DNA of 64,000 bases, from positions 1 to 64,000 of the IMG/VR virus record IMGVR_UViG_3300025634_000001; one strand, written 5' to 3'. The notes below the pieces were generated by a model. It made no database searches and was not told where the DNA came from. It saw nothing but the letters and a program-made list of their open reading frames with translations. This document shows positions 1-9,345 of this stretch, piece by piece. Positions within the stretch are counted from its first letter, which is position 1. Each line of letters opens with the position of its first letter. The DNA is from a virus. The translations under genes and the position numbers were made by a program.

Positions 1-2
1 TC

Positions 3-86
3 CGTCGCGGCGAGATCCTCCCGACGAAGCGCTACCTCGAGCAGCAAGAAGCGCTGGCGCGCAAGAAGGCCCGCACCAGCTCCTGA
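3..86 (+). CDS. 3' end of a gene entering from the left edge
   Basis: Open frame RRGEILPTKRYLEQQEALARKKARTSS* followed directly by a terminator hairpin. Confidence 0.45.
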   Translation, partial: RRGEILPTKRYLEQQEALARKKARTSS

Positions 87-98
87 CGACGCCAAGAA

Positions 99-135
99 GC
101 CCCAGCGGGTCACCATCCCCGCTGGGGCGCTTTCT
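99..135. terminator. intrinsic terminator between convergent genes
   Basis: GCCCCAGCGGG / CCCGCTGGGGC 11-bp stem followed by GCTTTCT. Confidence 0.7.
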
Positions 136-148
136 GCTGCCCGGACGA

Positions 149-307
149 TCACCCGGCCTTCTCCCTCGCTGCGGTCTCCGTGTCATCCGGTTCCTCGCGC
201 ACCCGCATGTCCGGTCTCAGTTCCCCGCAGCCGCATGACAGGACAGGACAGGAGCCCGGACTGTGACGGTGGGCACACAAGCAGACGCGTGACAGGTTGT
301 AGCTCAT
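149..307 (-). CDS. small Cys-rich hypothetical protein
   Basis: MSYNLSRVCLCAHRH...CPVLSCGCG; start overlaps the stop of the upstream MTase (ATGA). Confidence 0.55.
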   Translation of the reverse strand: MSYNLSRVCLCAHRHSPGSCPVLSCGCGELRPDMRVREEPDDTETAAREKAG

Positions 308-996
308 GCGGCGGCCTCCGCTGTCAGGTGCTCGAGCAGGCGGGTGCCGATGTACTCCGTGAATGCTGGCGGAATCGCCTGCGCTAGGCCGTCCCGGTTC
401 ATCCACGGGGCACGCATCCGCCGACGTCCTTCCTCGGCGTCACTGAAGTGCCCCGTCAGCTGCATGCACTCGCCGGGCTTGGGCTGGCGGCCCATCTTGG
501 TCTGCGGCCACTGATGCAGGACATGACCGGGCTGCGGGATGCCGAACGAGGCCTCGAACAGCCGGTCCTCGTACAGCAGGCCGCGGAGCTCGGAGAACAT
601 GCAGCCGCAGAGCGTCAGGCCACTGGAGCCGAACAGGTCATCCTGGTGCGGCAGGGGCGAGCCCGCCACGTTCTCCACGATCCACGGGACCGGGAAACCG
701 TGCAGTCGCTCAAGCGTGGCGGCGAGCAGCCACCCGGTGCCATGGTCGCCGCCGAAGTCCCGTGTCGGGGAGTGATCCTGGCATGGCGGGCTGGCATGGA
801 TCGCATCGAAGTCGCCGTGCGCCCAGCAGAACTCATCGAACGTGTCCAGCACCGTCAGCGCGTCGGCGCGGACGAACTCGAACGGGTACCGCGGCTGCGG
901 CTCGGTGTCCACGCCCACGACCTCGAACCCGGCCCGGTCGTAGCCCGTCGCGGCGCCACCCTGGCAGCAGTACAGGTCCAGTAGCCGCGGCCTCAT
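304..996 (-). CDS. short phage-type DNA (cytosine-5) methyltransferase
   Basis: Motif I LLDLYCCQGG, catalytic SPPCQ, motif VI ENV, C-terminal AQAIPPAFTEYIG; start MRPRLL overlaps the upstream stop. Confidence 0.85.
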   Translation of the reverse strand: MRPRLLDLYCCQGGAATGYDRAGFEVVGVDTEPQPRYPFEFVRADALTVLDTFDEFCWAHGDFDAIHASPPCQDHSPTRDFGGDHGTGWLLAATLERLHGFPVPWIVENVAGSPLPHQDDLFGSSGLTLCGCMFSELRGLLYEDRLFEASFGIPQPGHVLHQWPQTKMGRQPKPGECMQLTGHFSDAEEGRRRMRAPWMNRDGLAQAIPPAFTEYIGTRLLEHLTAEAAA

Positions 997-1685
997 GCCG
1001 CACCGCCCAGCTCTGCAAGCGCCTCGACCTCGGTCAGGTGCAGGACGAGCCGCCCTTTCGGGTAGATCGCGCCGATGGTGCACCAGATCCCGGCGACGTA
1101 CCGCGGGCACTCGTCGTCCTCGAGCACGCCCGCTTTCACGATCCCGTCGATCGCCGCTTTCCCGCTCGCAGCGCAGGTGTTCTCCGCGTCACGGTGCCTG
1201 CGGTCGGGGGGCTGGTACTCCACGACGACGGAGACGCGCTCGAGCCGCGGGATCTTCGCTTGCAAGGCGAGCGCCCAGGCGGCTTTCTTCAGCGCCTCAG
1301 TGCGCCGTGCCCGCTCGGACCAGTGCTCCCGGCCGTTGAGGGACAGCAGCTTGAGGCCGGGCGGCATGGCGATCGTGAACGTCCGCCTGGTTTCCCCCTC
1401 CGGGGCCGCGCTCGATTCCGAAGGCGCGGTCCCGGAGGATGCTTGTGCCCGCACCCGGCGCGGAGCGGAAGGCGCGATTGCAGGGCCCTCCGCTCCGGCC
1501 ACCGGGCCGGGCTTTCCCGTAGCCGTCCGTTCGCGGTCATGCAGCGGGAAAGATGGGGTGTCCCGCCCGTTCGCTACGGGGGTCGCGAACGGGCGGGACG
1601 TGCCCGTACGGCCGGGGTCAGCGGCGGCACGGGCGGCACGGGCCGGCGGGGGGCATGCCGGGCCCGTGCAGTCTGAGGGGGTCAC
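993..1685 (-). CDS. rusA: RusA-like Holliday junction resolvase (C-terminal domain, low-complexity N-terminus)
   Basis: LSLNGR..HW, PPDRRHRDAEN, KAAIDGIVKAGVLEDD match the RusA acidic motifs. Confidence 0.75.
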   Translation of the reverse strand: MTPSDCTGPACPPPARAARAAADPGRTGTSRPFATPVANGRDTPSFPLHDRERTATGKPGPVAGAEGPAIAPSAPRRVRAQASSGTAPSESSAAPEGETRRTFTIAMPPGLKLLSLNGREHWSERARRTEALKKAAWALALQAKIPRLERVSVVVEYQPPDRRHRDAENTCAASGKAAIDGIVKAGVLEDDECPRYVAGIWCTIGAIYPKGRLVLHLTEVEALAELGGAA

Positions 1686-2068
1686 GACGCGCTCCCGGCT
1701 GCGTACTCGTCCCTGTAGTAACGGGCGGCGCTTCTACGGACGCCGACTTGCGCCGCGGCATCGGCGTGGCTCACTCCCCGGTCGCGGAGCCCGGCGTACT
1801 GCCGGACCCGTTCCTGCCGCCGCTCGCGGCTCGCGTTGCGACGCGGCCTGGGCTGCTGCGGGTCCCGGGCGGCTACCCTGGCTGCGAGCAGTGCCTGCTT
1901 CTCGGCTTCCGCGGCTTCGGCGCGGCGCACCAGCAGGGCATTCTCCGGGGACTGCCTAGCGAACCGGGCGCGGACCCGGGCGACGATCTCGGCGGGTTCC
2001 GGCTGGCTCCCGGGCAGGGTGTACTGGTGTCCGCCGAGCTGGCGGGCGGGCTCGTAGGTGCGTGTCAC
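1682..2068 (-). CDS. hypothetical protein with a C-terminal HTH-like segment
   Basis: GVSHADAAAQVGVRRSAARYY; translationally coupled. Confidence 0.55.
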   Translation of the reverse strand: MTRTYEPARQLGGHQYTLPGSQPEPAEIVARVRARFARQSPENALLVRRAEAAEAEKQALLAARVAARDPQQPRPRRNASRERRQERVRQYAGLRDRGVSHADAAAQVGVRRSAARYYRDEYAAGSAS

Positions 2069-2226
2069 CCGAACCTCCCGGTCAGCACCGACATCCACAT
2101 GGACGTGAACCCGGACAGTCCCGCAAGGGCAAGCCACACCGCCTGGCCGTTCAGAGTCCGGGCGTTGCGGGCCCTGCCGTAGAAGACGGGGATTGCGGCG
2201 ATGAGAGGAACGGAGAAGATGATCAC
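2065..2226 (-). CDS. small membrane protein
   Basis: MIIFSVPLIAAIPVFY...AVWLALAGLSGF; GTGA overlaps at both ends. Confidence 0.5.
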   Translation of the reverse strand: MIIFSVPLIAAIPVFYGRARNARTLNGQAVWLALAGLSGFTSMWMSVLTGRFG

Positions 2227-2393
2227 GACGCCGCTCCCGCCGCCGGCTCCCTGGCATCTCGCTGCTTCCGGCGTGGCGTTATGAGCGCGTCCAGGGTCGC
2301 GTCGCGTTCCTCCGCCGTTCCGTAGCCAGGCGTGACCTTCAGGCCCGCCCAGCCGCCGATGAGTGCTCCGATGACGACGATGCGGCGGGTCAC
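2223..2393 (-). CDS. small hypothetical protein
   Basis: Coupled ORF with a hydrophobic N-terminus. Confidence 0.5.
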   Translation of the reverse strand: MTRRIVVIGALIGGWAGLKVTPGYGTAEERDATLDALITPRRKQRDAREPAAGAAS

Positions 2394-2602
2394 GCGACCT
2401 CCCGCAGCGGCTTGTCGGCGGAGCTTTCGGCGGCCGGTTCCGTCTTCGCCTCGGCGTCGGGCTTCGGCAGTACCGGGGCCTTCGGTGCGGCGATCTGGAA
2501 CCGGGGCGCGACGGCGAGGGCGATCTTCAGTCCCGCTCCTATGCCTGCCAGCCACAGGACCGTGCGGGTGATGGTGTCGACGATGGTGACGGCGGTGTTC
2601 AC
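2390..2602 (-). CDS. small membrane protein
   Basis: One hydrophobic helix; 4-bp overlaps; GGGAGAGG RBS. Confidence 0.6.
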   Translation of the reverse strand: MNTAVTIVDTITRTVLWLAGIGAGLKIALAVAPRFQIAAPKAPVLPKPDAEAKTEPAAESSADKPLREVA

Positions 2603-2844
2603 TGCGCCTCTCCCTGCCTGTGTCCGAACTGCTTCTTGCCGGGCGGCACCGGATACCAGAGCGCCCCCACGGCTTCCAGAACCTCGCGGAGCATCGGTTT
2701 CGCCGCTTCCGGGTCACCGCCCGCCGCCTTCAGCGCGAGGCCCGCGAGGTTGATCCCGGCTTCGCGCTGCTGCGCCTCGGTGATCACGGCCTCTTTCAGC
2801 AGGGCCTCAGCGCGGTCGATGCCTGTGCCCCTGTCCGGGCTCAT
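2599..2844 (-). CDS. hypothetical protein
   Basis: Coupled ORF in the early operon. Confidence 0.6.
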   Translation of the reverse strand: MSPDRGTGIDRAEALLKEAVITEAQQREAGINLAGLALKAAGGDPEAAKPMLREVLEAVGALWYPVPPGKKQFGHRQGEAQ

Positions 2845-3038
2845 CGCCGGTCTCTCTTCCTGATGGCCAGCGGGGGTGCCCCGCAGGGATCGAAACGCTG
2901 ATTAACAGGACCGCTCATCGACCACCTGTTCTCGTGAGGGTCAGGCGGGCGGCGTTCCTGCGGGCGCGGCGGCATGTCCTCGGGGGGCGCGATGGAGACA
3001 GGCCCGGGGCCGTGGAACCACGGACGGAACCGCGTCAC
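2841..3038 (-). CDS. Pro-rich hypothetical protein
   Basis: Coupled ORF in the early operon. Confidence 0.5.
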   Translation of the reverse strand: MTRFRPWFHGPGPVSIAPPEDMPPRPQERRPPDPHENRWSMSGPVNQRFDPCGAPPLAIRKRDRR

Positions 3039-3244
3039 GACGCAGCCCCCGTCCCGGCCGGGACGAGAAGCTCCGCTACCTCATCCGCGGTCGCGTCCGC
3101 GATGAGCGCGGCGACCTGCTGCTCCTGCCGTGCCCGCGCTTCCCGTGCCTCGCGGCGATGCCTGAGCTGCCTCGGTGCGCCCGCCAGCCAGTAGCAGGCG
3201 AGACCGGTCCAGATGATGAGGAAGGTCCAGTCCAGGAGGGTCAC
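3035..3244 (-). CDS. small membrane protein
   Basis: N-terminal TM LLDWTFLIIWTGLACYWLA; coupled. Confidence 0.6.
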   Translation of the reverse strand: MTLLDWTFLIIWTGLACYWLAGAPRQLRHRREAREARARQEQQVAALIADATADEVAELLVPAGTGAAS

Positions 3245-3603
3245 GGCGCACCGCCGAAGCCCGGCTCAAGCGGCTCGTCTGCTTCCCTGGCGAGCTTCTC
3301 GGCGGTGAAACCGAGGATGCTGGTCATGAGCTGTAGCGGGTCGATCTCCCGCATCGTGTCGGCGGGCACGTCCAGTACGGCCCCGACGGCGGTCATCGCC
3401 GCTGCTGCGATGGCTCGCCCTGCGGTCTCCCGGTGGCCGGGGAACTGCCTGGCGATAGCGTCGGCGGTGATCGTGGCGACGGACACCGCGATGCACGTGG
3501 CGACGTCTTCCCCGTCCCAGGCGTCGCGGTGGATGGCGAGGAACTGGTCGGTGCTGGCGTCCATGAACGGGCCGACGGCTTCCGGGTCTAGCGGCCTGAT
3601 CAT
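3241..3603 (-). CDS. hypothetical protein
   Basis: Coupled ORF with typical GC3-rich codons. Confidence 0.65.
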   Translation of the reverse strand: MIRPLDPEAVGPFMDASTDQFLAIHRDAWDGEDVATCIAVSVATITADAIARQFPGHRETAGRAIAAAAMTAVGAVLDVPADTMREIDPLQLMTSILGFTAEKLAREADEPLEPGFGGAP

Positions 3604-4055
3604 GCTGCACCGTCCCCGTCAGCGTCCCAGCTGTGAACCAACAGCCCAGCTGCATAAGCCCAGCCGAGTTCGCTCTTGGGCTTGAACGTGATCTCGTCAT
3701 GGCACTCGCGGGCGAGCGGAATCGCGTTGGCAACGTCGGTGATAGAGCCGCCCCGTGCCCGCGTGAGGGGCTCGTGCAGGTCCACAGCCGGCCGGTTGCA
3801 TTCGGGTCGGCCGCATCCGCACATCACGGTCCCCTCGCGGCGGTCAGGCCAGAGCCGGTCTGCCATCGCGGCCCGTTCCCGGTTCTCTGCGCGCCGCTTG
3901 GCGCTGACCGGCTGCAGGCCTTTCCCCCTCGCCGCGCCTTCTCTAGGTGCGGAGCCGGTGAGCGGGGTGTGGCGTGCGGGGGGCTGTCCGGGCTGCAAGG
4001 GCTTGGTGCCGGGCAGCAGCCGCGAGGTACGGGCGAGCTGGGTGCGGCGGATCAT
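3600..4055 (-). CDS. HNH-family nuclease
   Basis: CGCG..C...DLHE...RARGG...N...LARECHDEI. Confidence 0.7.
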   Translation of the reverse strand: MIRRTQLARTSRLLPGTKPLQPGQPPARHTPLTGSAPREGAARGKGLQPVSAKRRAENRERAAMADRLWPDRREGTVMCGCGRPECNRPAVDLHEPLTRARGGSITDVANAIPLARECHDEITFKPKSELGWAYAAGLLVHSWDADGDGAA

Positions 4056-4417
4056 GCCCGCACCGCCCCGTACATCGCGTTGACGCTCTTGAGGATCGCC
4101 TGCCAGGCGAACAGTTCCTTCTCAAGCGCGTCAGCGGTCCGGTTCGCATGCTTGTATGCGATCTCCGCGTTGTCGGCTTCCTCGCGGTGTGGCATCGTCT
4201 TGATGTCCGCGGCGTACTCGCGGTCCTTGATGGACCCATCGGAGTTCTTGTACGCGTTGGCGTAGGCCAGGTCGAAGTCCCGCTTCTTGGCCTTCATCTC
4301 CTTCTCGCAGCCGGTGATGATCCTCACCCCGGCCGCGATCCGGTTCGCGGTCTCCTGGATCTTGTTCTCGACGTCGGCGGGATTGTGCAGGTCACCGCGG
4401 ACGATGGTCTCGGTCAT
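4052..4417 (-). CDS. coiled-coil phage protein of the recombination module
   Basis: Helical, charged; coupled to the exonuclease gene. Confidence 0.65.
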   Translation of the reverse strand: MTETIVRGDLHNPADVENKIQETANRIAAGVRIITGCEKEMKAKKRDFDLAYANAYKNSDGSIKDREYAADIKTMPHREEADNAEIAYKHANRTADALEKELFAWQAILKSVNAMYGAVRA

Positions 4418-5370
4418 GCCGCCGCCTTCGGGGTCTTGATCTTGGTGACGGTCAGCCGGGGCGCATTGCCGGGCTTGAAGGTCGTAGGCACCTGCTCGCC
4501 GCGCGCTGCGTAGCCGGCGTACACAGCGGCCTCGTCAAGGACTTCCTTGTCGTCGCCGGCCTCGCCGGTGGACACCCGCCAGCCGTCCGCGATGCCGCGC
4601 AGTCCGCGGAGCATCGGCGCGAGCGCTTTCTTCTCCTTGTCCAGCGGTCCCACCGTGGCGTTGATCTCGCCGTAGCGGGCGACGGCGCTGGCCAGCTCCG
4701 GGTCGGTGATCGGCTCGCCTTCGGGCTGCCCGGTCTCGCGGCACAGCGAGAAGAAACTGCACCAAGAGGCGCACCAGGCGTAGGGCTTGTCCTTCGGCAG
4801 CGACTGCCCGGCCGCCATGCGGTCGCGGACCCACTCGAGCCGGTCGGCTCCCTCGTCGGCTAGCGAGCGGTCGAACGGCTCCTCGTACGCCCACCAGTCG
4901 GCGAATGTCCCGTCCACGGGGATCACCAGGAGCCGCACCGTGCAGTCCGCTGGCAGTTCGCCCGCGTCGACCAGCCCGGCCGCGTAGCCGTGGACCTGGA
5001 CGCGCTTGGGGCACAGCAGGGAATGGTCGGAGGCCCACAGCTTGGAGTTGGCGAGGCTGGTGGTCTTGAAGTCCACGAGGTAGTCCGGTCCCACGAGGTC
5101 GGCGTGGCCGGGGATGCCCCGGTAGATGGTGTCTACCTCGATGCGGACGCCGGGGCCGTCGAGGATCGGCTCCAGGTACTCGTGGATCGCGGTCCCGCGC
5201 TGTGCTGCCCATGAGTCGGTGTCGTCGGTGGTGAACGCGCCGTCGAGCCGGAAGCCGAGCGCTGACCGGCAGCCGCCGACCTCGGACCAGCCGACCGCGC
5301 TCTGGAGGGACCGCGGGCGCGCGGCGTCATGGTCGCGCACCCGCTTCACCGTCTGCTCGATCCAGGTCAT
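4414..5370 (-). CDS. PD-(D/E)XK (Cas4/RecB-like) exonuclease
   Basis: GTAIHEYL, GHADL, VDFKT, QVHGY, C-terminal C...C.F...C; adjacent to ERF. Confidence 0.8.
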   Translation of the reverse strand: MTWIEQTVKRVRDHDAARPRSLQSAVGWSEVGGCRSALGFRLDGAFTTDDTDSWAAQRGTAIHEYLEPILDGPGVRIEVDTIYRGIPGHADLVGPDYLVDFKTTSLANSKLWASDHSLLCPKRVQVHGYAAGLVDAGELPADCTVRLLVIPVDGTFADWWAYEEPFDRSLADEGADRLEWVRDRMAAGQSLPKDKPYAWCASWCSFFSLCRETGQPEGEPITDPELASAVARYGEINATVGPLDKEKKALAPMLRGLRGIADGWRVSTGEAGDDKEVLDEAAVYAGYAARGEQVPTTFKPGNAPRLTVTKIKTPKAAA

Positions 5371-6329
5371 GCCGCTGCTCCCTGCATGTCCCGCATCGCC
5401 TGCGTTGCGTGCCGGAGCTGCGCCGCTGTCGCCGCGTCCAGCTCCGCGCCGGTAACCGACTTGACGTGAGTCTCAAGCTCACCGGGGGGGAAGCCTGTCT
5501 CTCCCATGGCGGCGTTCAGCGTGGCCATGGCGTCTTCGACTTCCTTGAGCTGCTTGCGGCGCCAGTCCAGGTAGACGGCAAGCTTCCCGGTTCCGCCGCC
5601 GGACGGGTTGCGGACGAACGCCGTGACCATGCCCTTCTCGCGCGCCCTGCGGTGGATGTCCTCCAGCGCGCCGAGAGTCAGGGCCTGGTGGGCTTCGTCG
5701 GCGAACGCCTGGGCGTCGATGTCGATGTCCTCAGGTGCCGCCGCGACGGCCGGCTTGGGCTGTGCCGGGCGGGACACCTGACCGCGCTGCCCGTTCTCGC
5801 TGCTGCCGTTCTGGCGGGGTGGCGCGGGGGTGGACTGGTCGAAGACGTCGCCGGCCGACTGGCGGCTGCTGTGGTCGTTCTGGGCTCGCTGCCCGTCGTC
5901 GTCGTCCTCGACCACGATGTTGATGGCGGCGCTGAAGGAGTACCGGCGGCCGTAGGTGATCATGCTGCCGAGCGTCTGCGGCTTCTGGCTCACCGGGCCG
6001 AGCGGCCACTCGCCGGACTTCTCCTCGCCGGACTCGTGAAGCAGTGACCACGCGAGGATCATCATGCTGCGGTTGGCGGGGTCAATGGTCGGCGCGCAGT
6101 GGAACGCCAGCCCGAACTTGGCCAGCAGCGGCCCGACCTCTGCGACGACATCGGCTAGGTCGGCGTATTTGTAGGTGTACGAGAAAGACTTCCCGCTGTT
6201 CTTGCTCTCGCCTTCGACCTTGCCTTCCTTGGTCTTGGTGACCTTCGGCAGTTCACCCTGAAGCTGAGACAGTGCTTTGTTCAGGTTGGGCGTGCCAGTG
6301 ATCGCAGCGGCGATCGTCTCGGTGCTCAC
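5367..6329 (-). CDS. erf: ERF-family single-strand annealing protein
   Basis: YKYADLADV, LLHESGE, PQTLGSMITYGRRY, EDDDDGQ. Confidence 0.9.
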   Translation of the reverse strand: MSTETIAAAITGTPNLNKALSQLQGELPKVTKTKEGKVEGESKNSGKSFSYTYKYADLADVVAEVGPLLAKFGLAFHCAPTIDPANRSMMILAWSLLHESGEEKSGEWPLGPVSQKPQTLGSMITYGRRYSFSAAINIVVEDDDDGQRAQNDHSSRQSAGDVFDQSTPAPPRQNGSSENGQRGQVSRPAQPKPAVAAAPEDIDIDAQAFADEAHQALTLGALEDIHRRAREKGMVTAFVRNPSGGGTGKLAVYLDWRRKQLKEVEDAMATLNAAMGETGFPPGELETHVKSVTGAELDAATAAQLRHATQAMRDMQGAAA

Positions 6330-6583
6330 GACTGTTCCCCCTCGTCCCCGAGTAGCGCAGCCAGTTCTTCCGCCGCGTCAGGGTCGGCCGTAGACCCCTC
6401 GATCTGCTTGCGGGCCCGCTCGTAATCCCGTGCGAGTCCTGCATCTTCCTGGTGTTCTGTGCAGGCCCCAGCGGGGTGCTTGCGGCAGGCCGGGCATTCC
6501 TCGACCCTGGCTTGCCGCATCCAGTACGAGTCGTGGAGGCTGTCCAGGAGGATTTCCCGCAGCGTGATGGTCGGGGTGCTCAT
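6326..6583 (-). CDS. hypothetical protein (CxxC)
   Basis: CPACRKHPAGAC..H; coupled. Confidence 0.6.
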   Translation of the reverse strand: MSTPTITLREILLDSLHDSYWMRQARVEECPACRKHPAGACTEHQEDAGLARDYERARKQIEGSTADPDAAEELAALLGDEGEQS

Positions 6584-6885
6584 GCGATCGCCTCCGCAGT
6601 GAAGGTGAAGGGAGAGACGGGATTGTCGCCGTCCCAGTCGAAGGCCAGGGCGAAGGCGTCGGCTTCAGCGGGAAGGGCGAGCTGAGTGACGCTGCCGTTG
6701 TTCATCCAGACGGCGGCGCGGATCTGCGGCTCGTCAATGTTGAGATAGAAGACGCTCGCGTCGACGGCTCCGGGCATCGCGGCGAGGATGGCCAGCGCGA
6801 TAGGGCATTCATGGCAGCGGGCAGGCTTGCCTTGGTCGATGTGCTCCTGGGTCACGCTGACGGTGACCGTGGTTGCGGCGGTCAT
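6580..6885 (-). CDS. hypothetical protein
   Basis: VSVTQEHIDQG...CPIALAI; coupled. Confidence 0.65.
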   Translation of the reverse strand: MTAATTVTVSVTQEHIDQGKPARCHECPIALAILAAMPGAVDASVFYLNIDEPQIRAAVWMNNGSVTQLALPAEADAFALAFDWDGDNPVSPFTFTAEAIA

Positions 6886-7118
6886 GAGATCGCCGCCTCA
6901 GTGTCGGATGCCGCAGGTTCGGCTGCCGCCTCAACCCATGCCTTGTATTCGGCGAGGGGGAACATCCCGGCCGCGCTCTGCATGAGAGCCGTAGCGGCAG
7001 CGAGGGCGAGAGTGGCGTGGGCCTGCGCCGTTTGCAGGTGGTAGTTCCTGTAGTGGTCCTCCAGGAAGGTCCGCTCCAGGATCCGTTCGGCTTCGCGGTA
7101 GTGCTCGGGGCCTGTCAT
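6882..7118 (-). CDS. hypothetical protein
   Basis: MTGPEHYREAERIL...AQAHATLALAAATA; GGAGGAG RBS. Confidence 0.7.
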   Translation of the reverse strand: MTGPEHYREAERILERTFLEDHYRNYHLQTAQAHATLALAAATALMQSAAGMFPLAEYKAWVEAAAEPAASDTEAAIS

Positions 7119-7423
7119 GCCGTCTCCTCCATCGCTGCCGGGACCGGGTTGAGTTCGTCGTATGCCGCGACTCCGGCCTCGGCCAGGCAGGCGAACCACT
7201 TCGCGTCTGGGGTGCGGACGATCACGTGGGCGTCCGGGCCGAACCCGATGAGCAGGCGGGCGTACCTGACGCCATCGCCGTCGGTCCTGGTGTCGAGGAA
7301 CCGGGGGAAGCCGGTCAGGCCCACTCCCTTGCCGCTGGTGCCGTCGGTGTACATGGGTTCCAGGGCGGCGGTCAGGTCTCCGGCGGGGACGGGGCGGCGG
7401 CGGAGACTGGTCCAGGGGAACAT
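7115..7423 (-). CDS. hypothetical protein
   Basis: Coupled ORF; start uncertain (7423 or 7426). Confidence 0.55.
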   Translation of the reverse strand: MFPWTSLRRRPVPAGDLTAALEPMYTDGTSGKGVGLTGFPRFLDTRTDGDGVRYARLLIGFGPDAHVIVRTPDAKWFACLAEAGVAAYDELNPVPAAMEETA

Positions 7424-8169
7424 CACGCTGCCTCGCTTCCTGCGGGGAGGGGAGTAAGGTCCACGCGCGTCTCGTCGCAGGCTGCCGCAGCGGGCCATAC
7501 GAACGCGGTGGCGGACAGGTCGGGCCGCAGGATGTGACCGGCCGCGCAGACCATCCGGCTGCCCCACGTCCCGCCGGGCACCTGTGTGTTACGCCTCTCG
7601 CCATCGGCTTCCGCAGTGCACAGGCACTCGCGGGCGCCGTTGCGGGTGCGGCGGCTCACGGCCTCGCGGAACGCGGGCAGGTTCCGCAGGTCGCCCGAGT
7701 CGCCCCCGAAACCCCACGCGTCGGTGGTGACGGGCGGCATCTCCAGGGTGAGGGGCTGGTCCCAGTCTCCCCAGCTTGTGTAGGGCCGGTTCAGCGGCAG
7801 GTCCGAACTGGTCCTGTCCTGCTCTTCCAGTTCCGCCAGCCTGCGGGTCTCAGCGACGATGGCCGCCTGCTCCGCGGCCTGCGCCTGGATCGCGGCGAGA
7901 GTGTCCGGGGTGGCAACCCCGTGGGCGTCCGGGCCGAAGATGCTGGCGACTTCCTGGCGCGCAGCCTCGGTGTTCCACTCGCCGAAGGTGGCGTGCGGTG
8001 CGGCATGGAACGTCTCGGTGCTGGCCTCCGCGACGGGGGCGGAGGCGAGGGACGCCGATGGCGGGGCGTAGCCGGGCGGGATGACCTCGCGGGCCTGCGG
8101 CGGTGCCAGCAGCCGCGAGACGGGGGCGGCTTCACGGTGGCCGAACAGGCGACCCCAGCGGGCGCTCAT
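7423..8169 (-). CDS. hypothetical protein
   Basis: 248-aa ORF in the operon. Confidence 0.6.
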   Translation of the reverse strand: MSARWGRLFGHREAAPVSRLLAPPQAREVIPPGYAPPSASLASAPVAEASTETFHAAPHATFGEWNTEAARQEVASIFGPDAHGVATPDTLAAIQAQAAEQAAIVAETRRLAELEEQDRTSSDLPLNRPYTSWGDWDQPLTLEMPPVTTDAWGFGGDSGDLRNLPAFREAVSRRTRNGARECLCTAEADGERRNTQVPGGTWGSRMVCAAGHILRPDLSATAFVWPAAAACDETRVDLTPLPAGSEAA

Positions 8170-8654
8170 GCCGCATCCTTAGGGGCCAGCGCGAGGATCG
8201 AGCCGCACCGCCAGGTCACGTCTTCGATGATCTTGGTGACCTCGACCTCGGGGACGGCGGCGAGGGCGTCGGGGTCCTTGACGGTCTCGGTGACCTCGCG
8301 GGTACCGGTGACGACCCGCTCGCATACGGCGTCGCGGTAGGCGGTCAGCTTGATGCTGAGGCCGTGCAGCTCGCCGATCAGGTCGAGGTAGCTGCCGTAC
8401 TGCTCGCTCTCGCGGACGTCCTTGCTCCAGTTGCACGGGAGGGCCCTGGCGGCTGCGGCGAGGGCGGCACGCGGGTCCTTGGCGAACAGGAAGTCGCTGA
8501 TCGTGATCGCGGTGCCGGTGCCGTGATAGGGCAGCGGCACCTCGGGGTGCCCGTCCAGCACGTCGGCGAGGGCACGCAGGCCCGCGGTGTAGGCGCCACG
8601 GCAGGTCTCTTCCGCCTGCCCGGCGTCCGCTGGCGCGGTTGCGGTGATGGTCAT
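8166..8654 (-). CDS. hypothetical phage protein
   Basis: AGGAGA RBS; CERVVTGTREVTE...EDVTWRC. Confidence 0.75.
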   Translation of the reverse strand: MTITATAPADAGQAEETCRGAYTAGLRALADVLDGHPEVPLPYHGTGTAITISDFLFAKDPRAALAAAARALPCNWSKDVRESEQYGSYLDLIGELHGLSIKLTAYRDAVCERVVTGTREVTETVKDPDALAAVPEVEVTKIIEDVTWRCGSILALAPKDAA

Positions 8655-8743
8655 ATCGGCTCGTTCTCCTATCGTTGCGTTACCATTTGCATGCGGACTC
8701 GTTCTCCGCCCCCGGCTGGTGACACAGCCGGGGCACACTCTTT

Positions 8744-8959
8744 TCAGGGGCCTTCCGGCTCCTCCAGGTCTCGTCCGGCCCGCCGCTCGTACATCGCGTC
8801 GAGGCCGGGCCGCAGGAGCAGCGGGGCGAACGCGAACACGGCGAGGATGATCTCGGCGGCGAACACCCAGCGGGTGACCGACGACCGCGACATGACGGCC
8901 TGCAGGCCCGTGACCCCGGCTACGGCGACGGTGAGGATCCGGGACTGGCGGGGGGTCAT
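8744..8959 (-). CDS. small two-TM membrane protein
   Basis: Coupled to cro; two hydrophobic stretches. Confidence 0.6.
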   Translation of the reverse strand: MTPRQSRILTVAVAGVTGLQAVMSRSSVTRWVFAAEIILAVFAFAPLLLRPGLDAMYERRAGRDLEEPEGP

Positions 8960-9192
8960 GCTGCGGCCTTGGCGTAGAAGTCGGTGACTTCCATGGCGAG
9001 GACTTCGGAGAGAACCAGCAGCGCGCGGGGGTGCGGCCACCTGAGGTCGCCGTTCTCCATGCGCGAGAGGTTGTAGACGGCGTGACCGCTCCGGGCGCAC
9101 TCCAGCTGGACCTCTTCTTGGGTCATTCCCTTGCGGAGACGCGCCTCGCGGATCACCTCACCGTTGATGGGTGGCCTGCGGGGTGGCTTCAT
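8956..9192 (-). CDS. Cro-like XRE HTH regulator
   Basis: IREARLRKGMTQEEV...LSRMENG; heads the early operon, divergent from the repressor. Confidence 0.8.
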   Translation of the reverse strand: MKPPRRPPINGEVIREARLRKGMTQEEVQLECARSGHAVYNLSRMENGDLRWPHPRALLVLSEVLAMEVTDFYAKAAA

Positions 9193-9345
9193 GGATAGGA
9201 ATTTACATGTAATCACGTGTGGAAGCAACCCTAATCCGGTGTTTCCATATCCCCGGATTCGGGGTTACATAGAGCGCGGGGGGTATAACCGCGCAAGATC
9301 GGCATAGCGATGCGTCGTCATGTATCGCCATGTAGAATCCGGCGC
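9193..9345. promoter_or_regulatory. divergent lysis/lysogeny switch promoters
   Basis: Minus strand TTGCTT-N17-TAAATT-N7-ATG; plus strand TAGAAT-N7-ATG; AT-rich. Confidence 0.7.

Noticed and set aside
4414-5370. Cas4-like gene as part of a CRISPR system
   Set aside because: It is paired with ERF in a standard phage recombination module.
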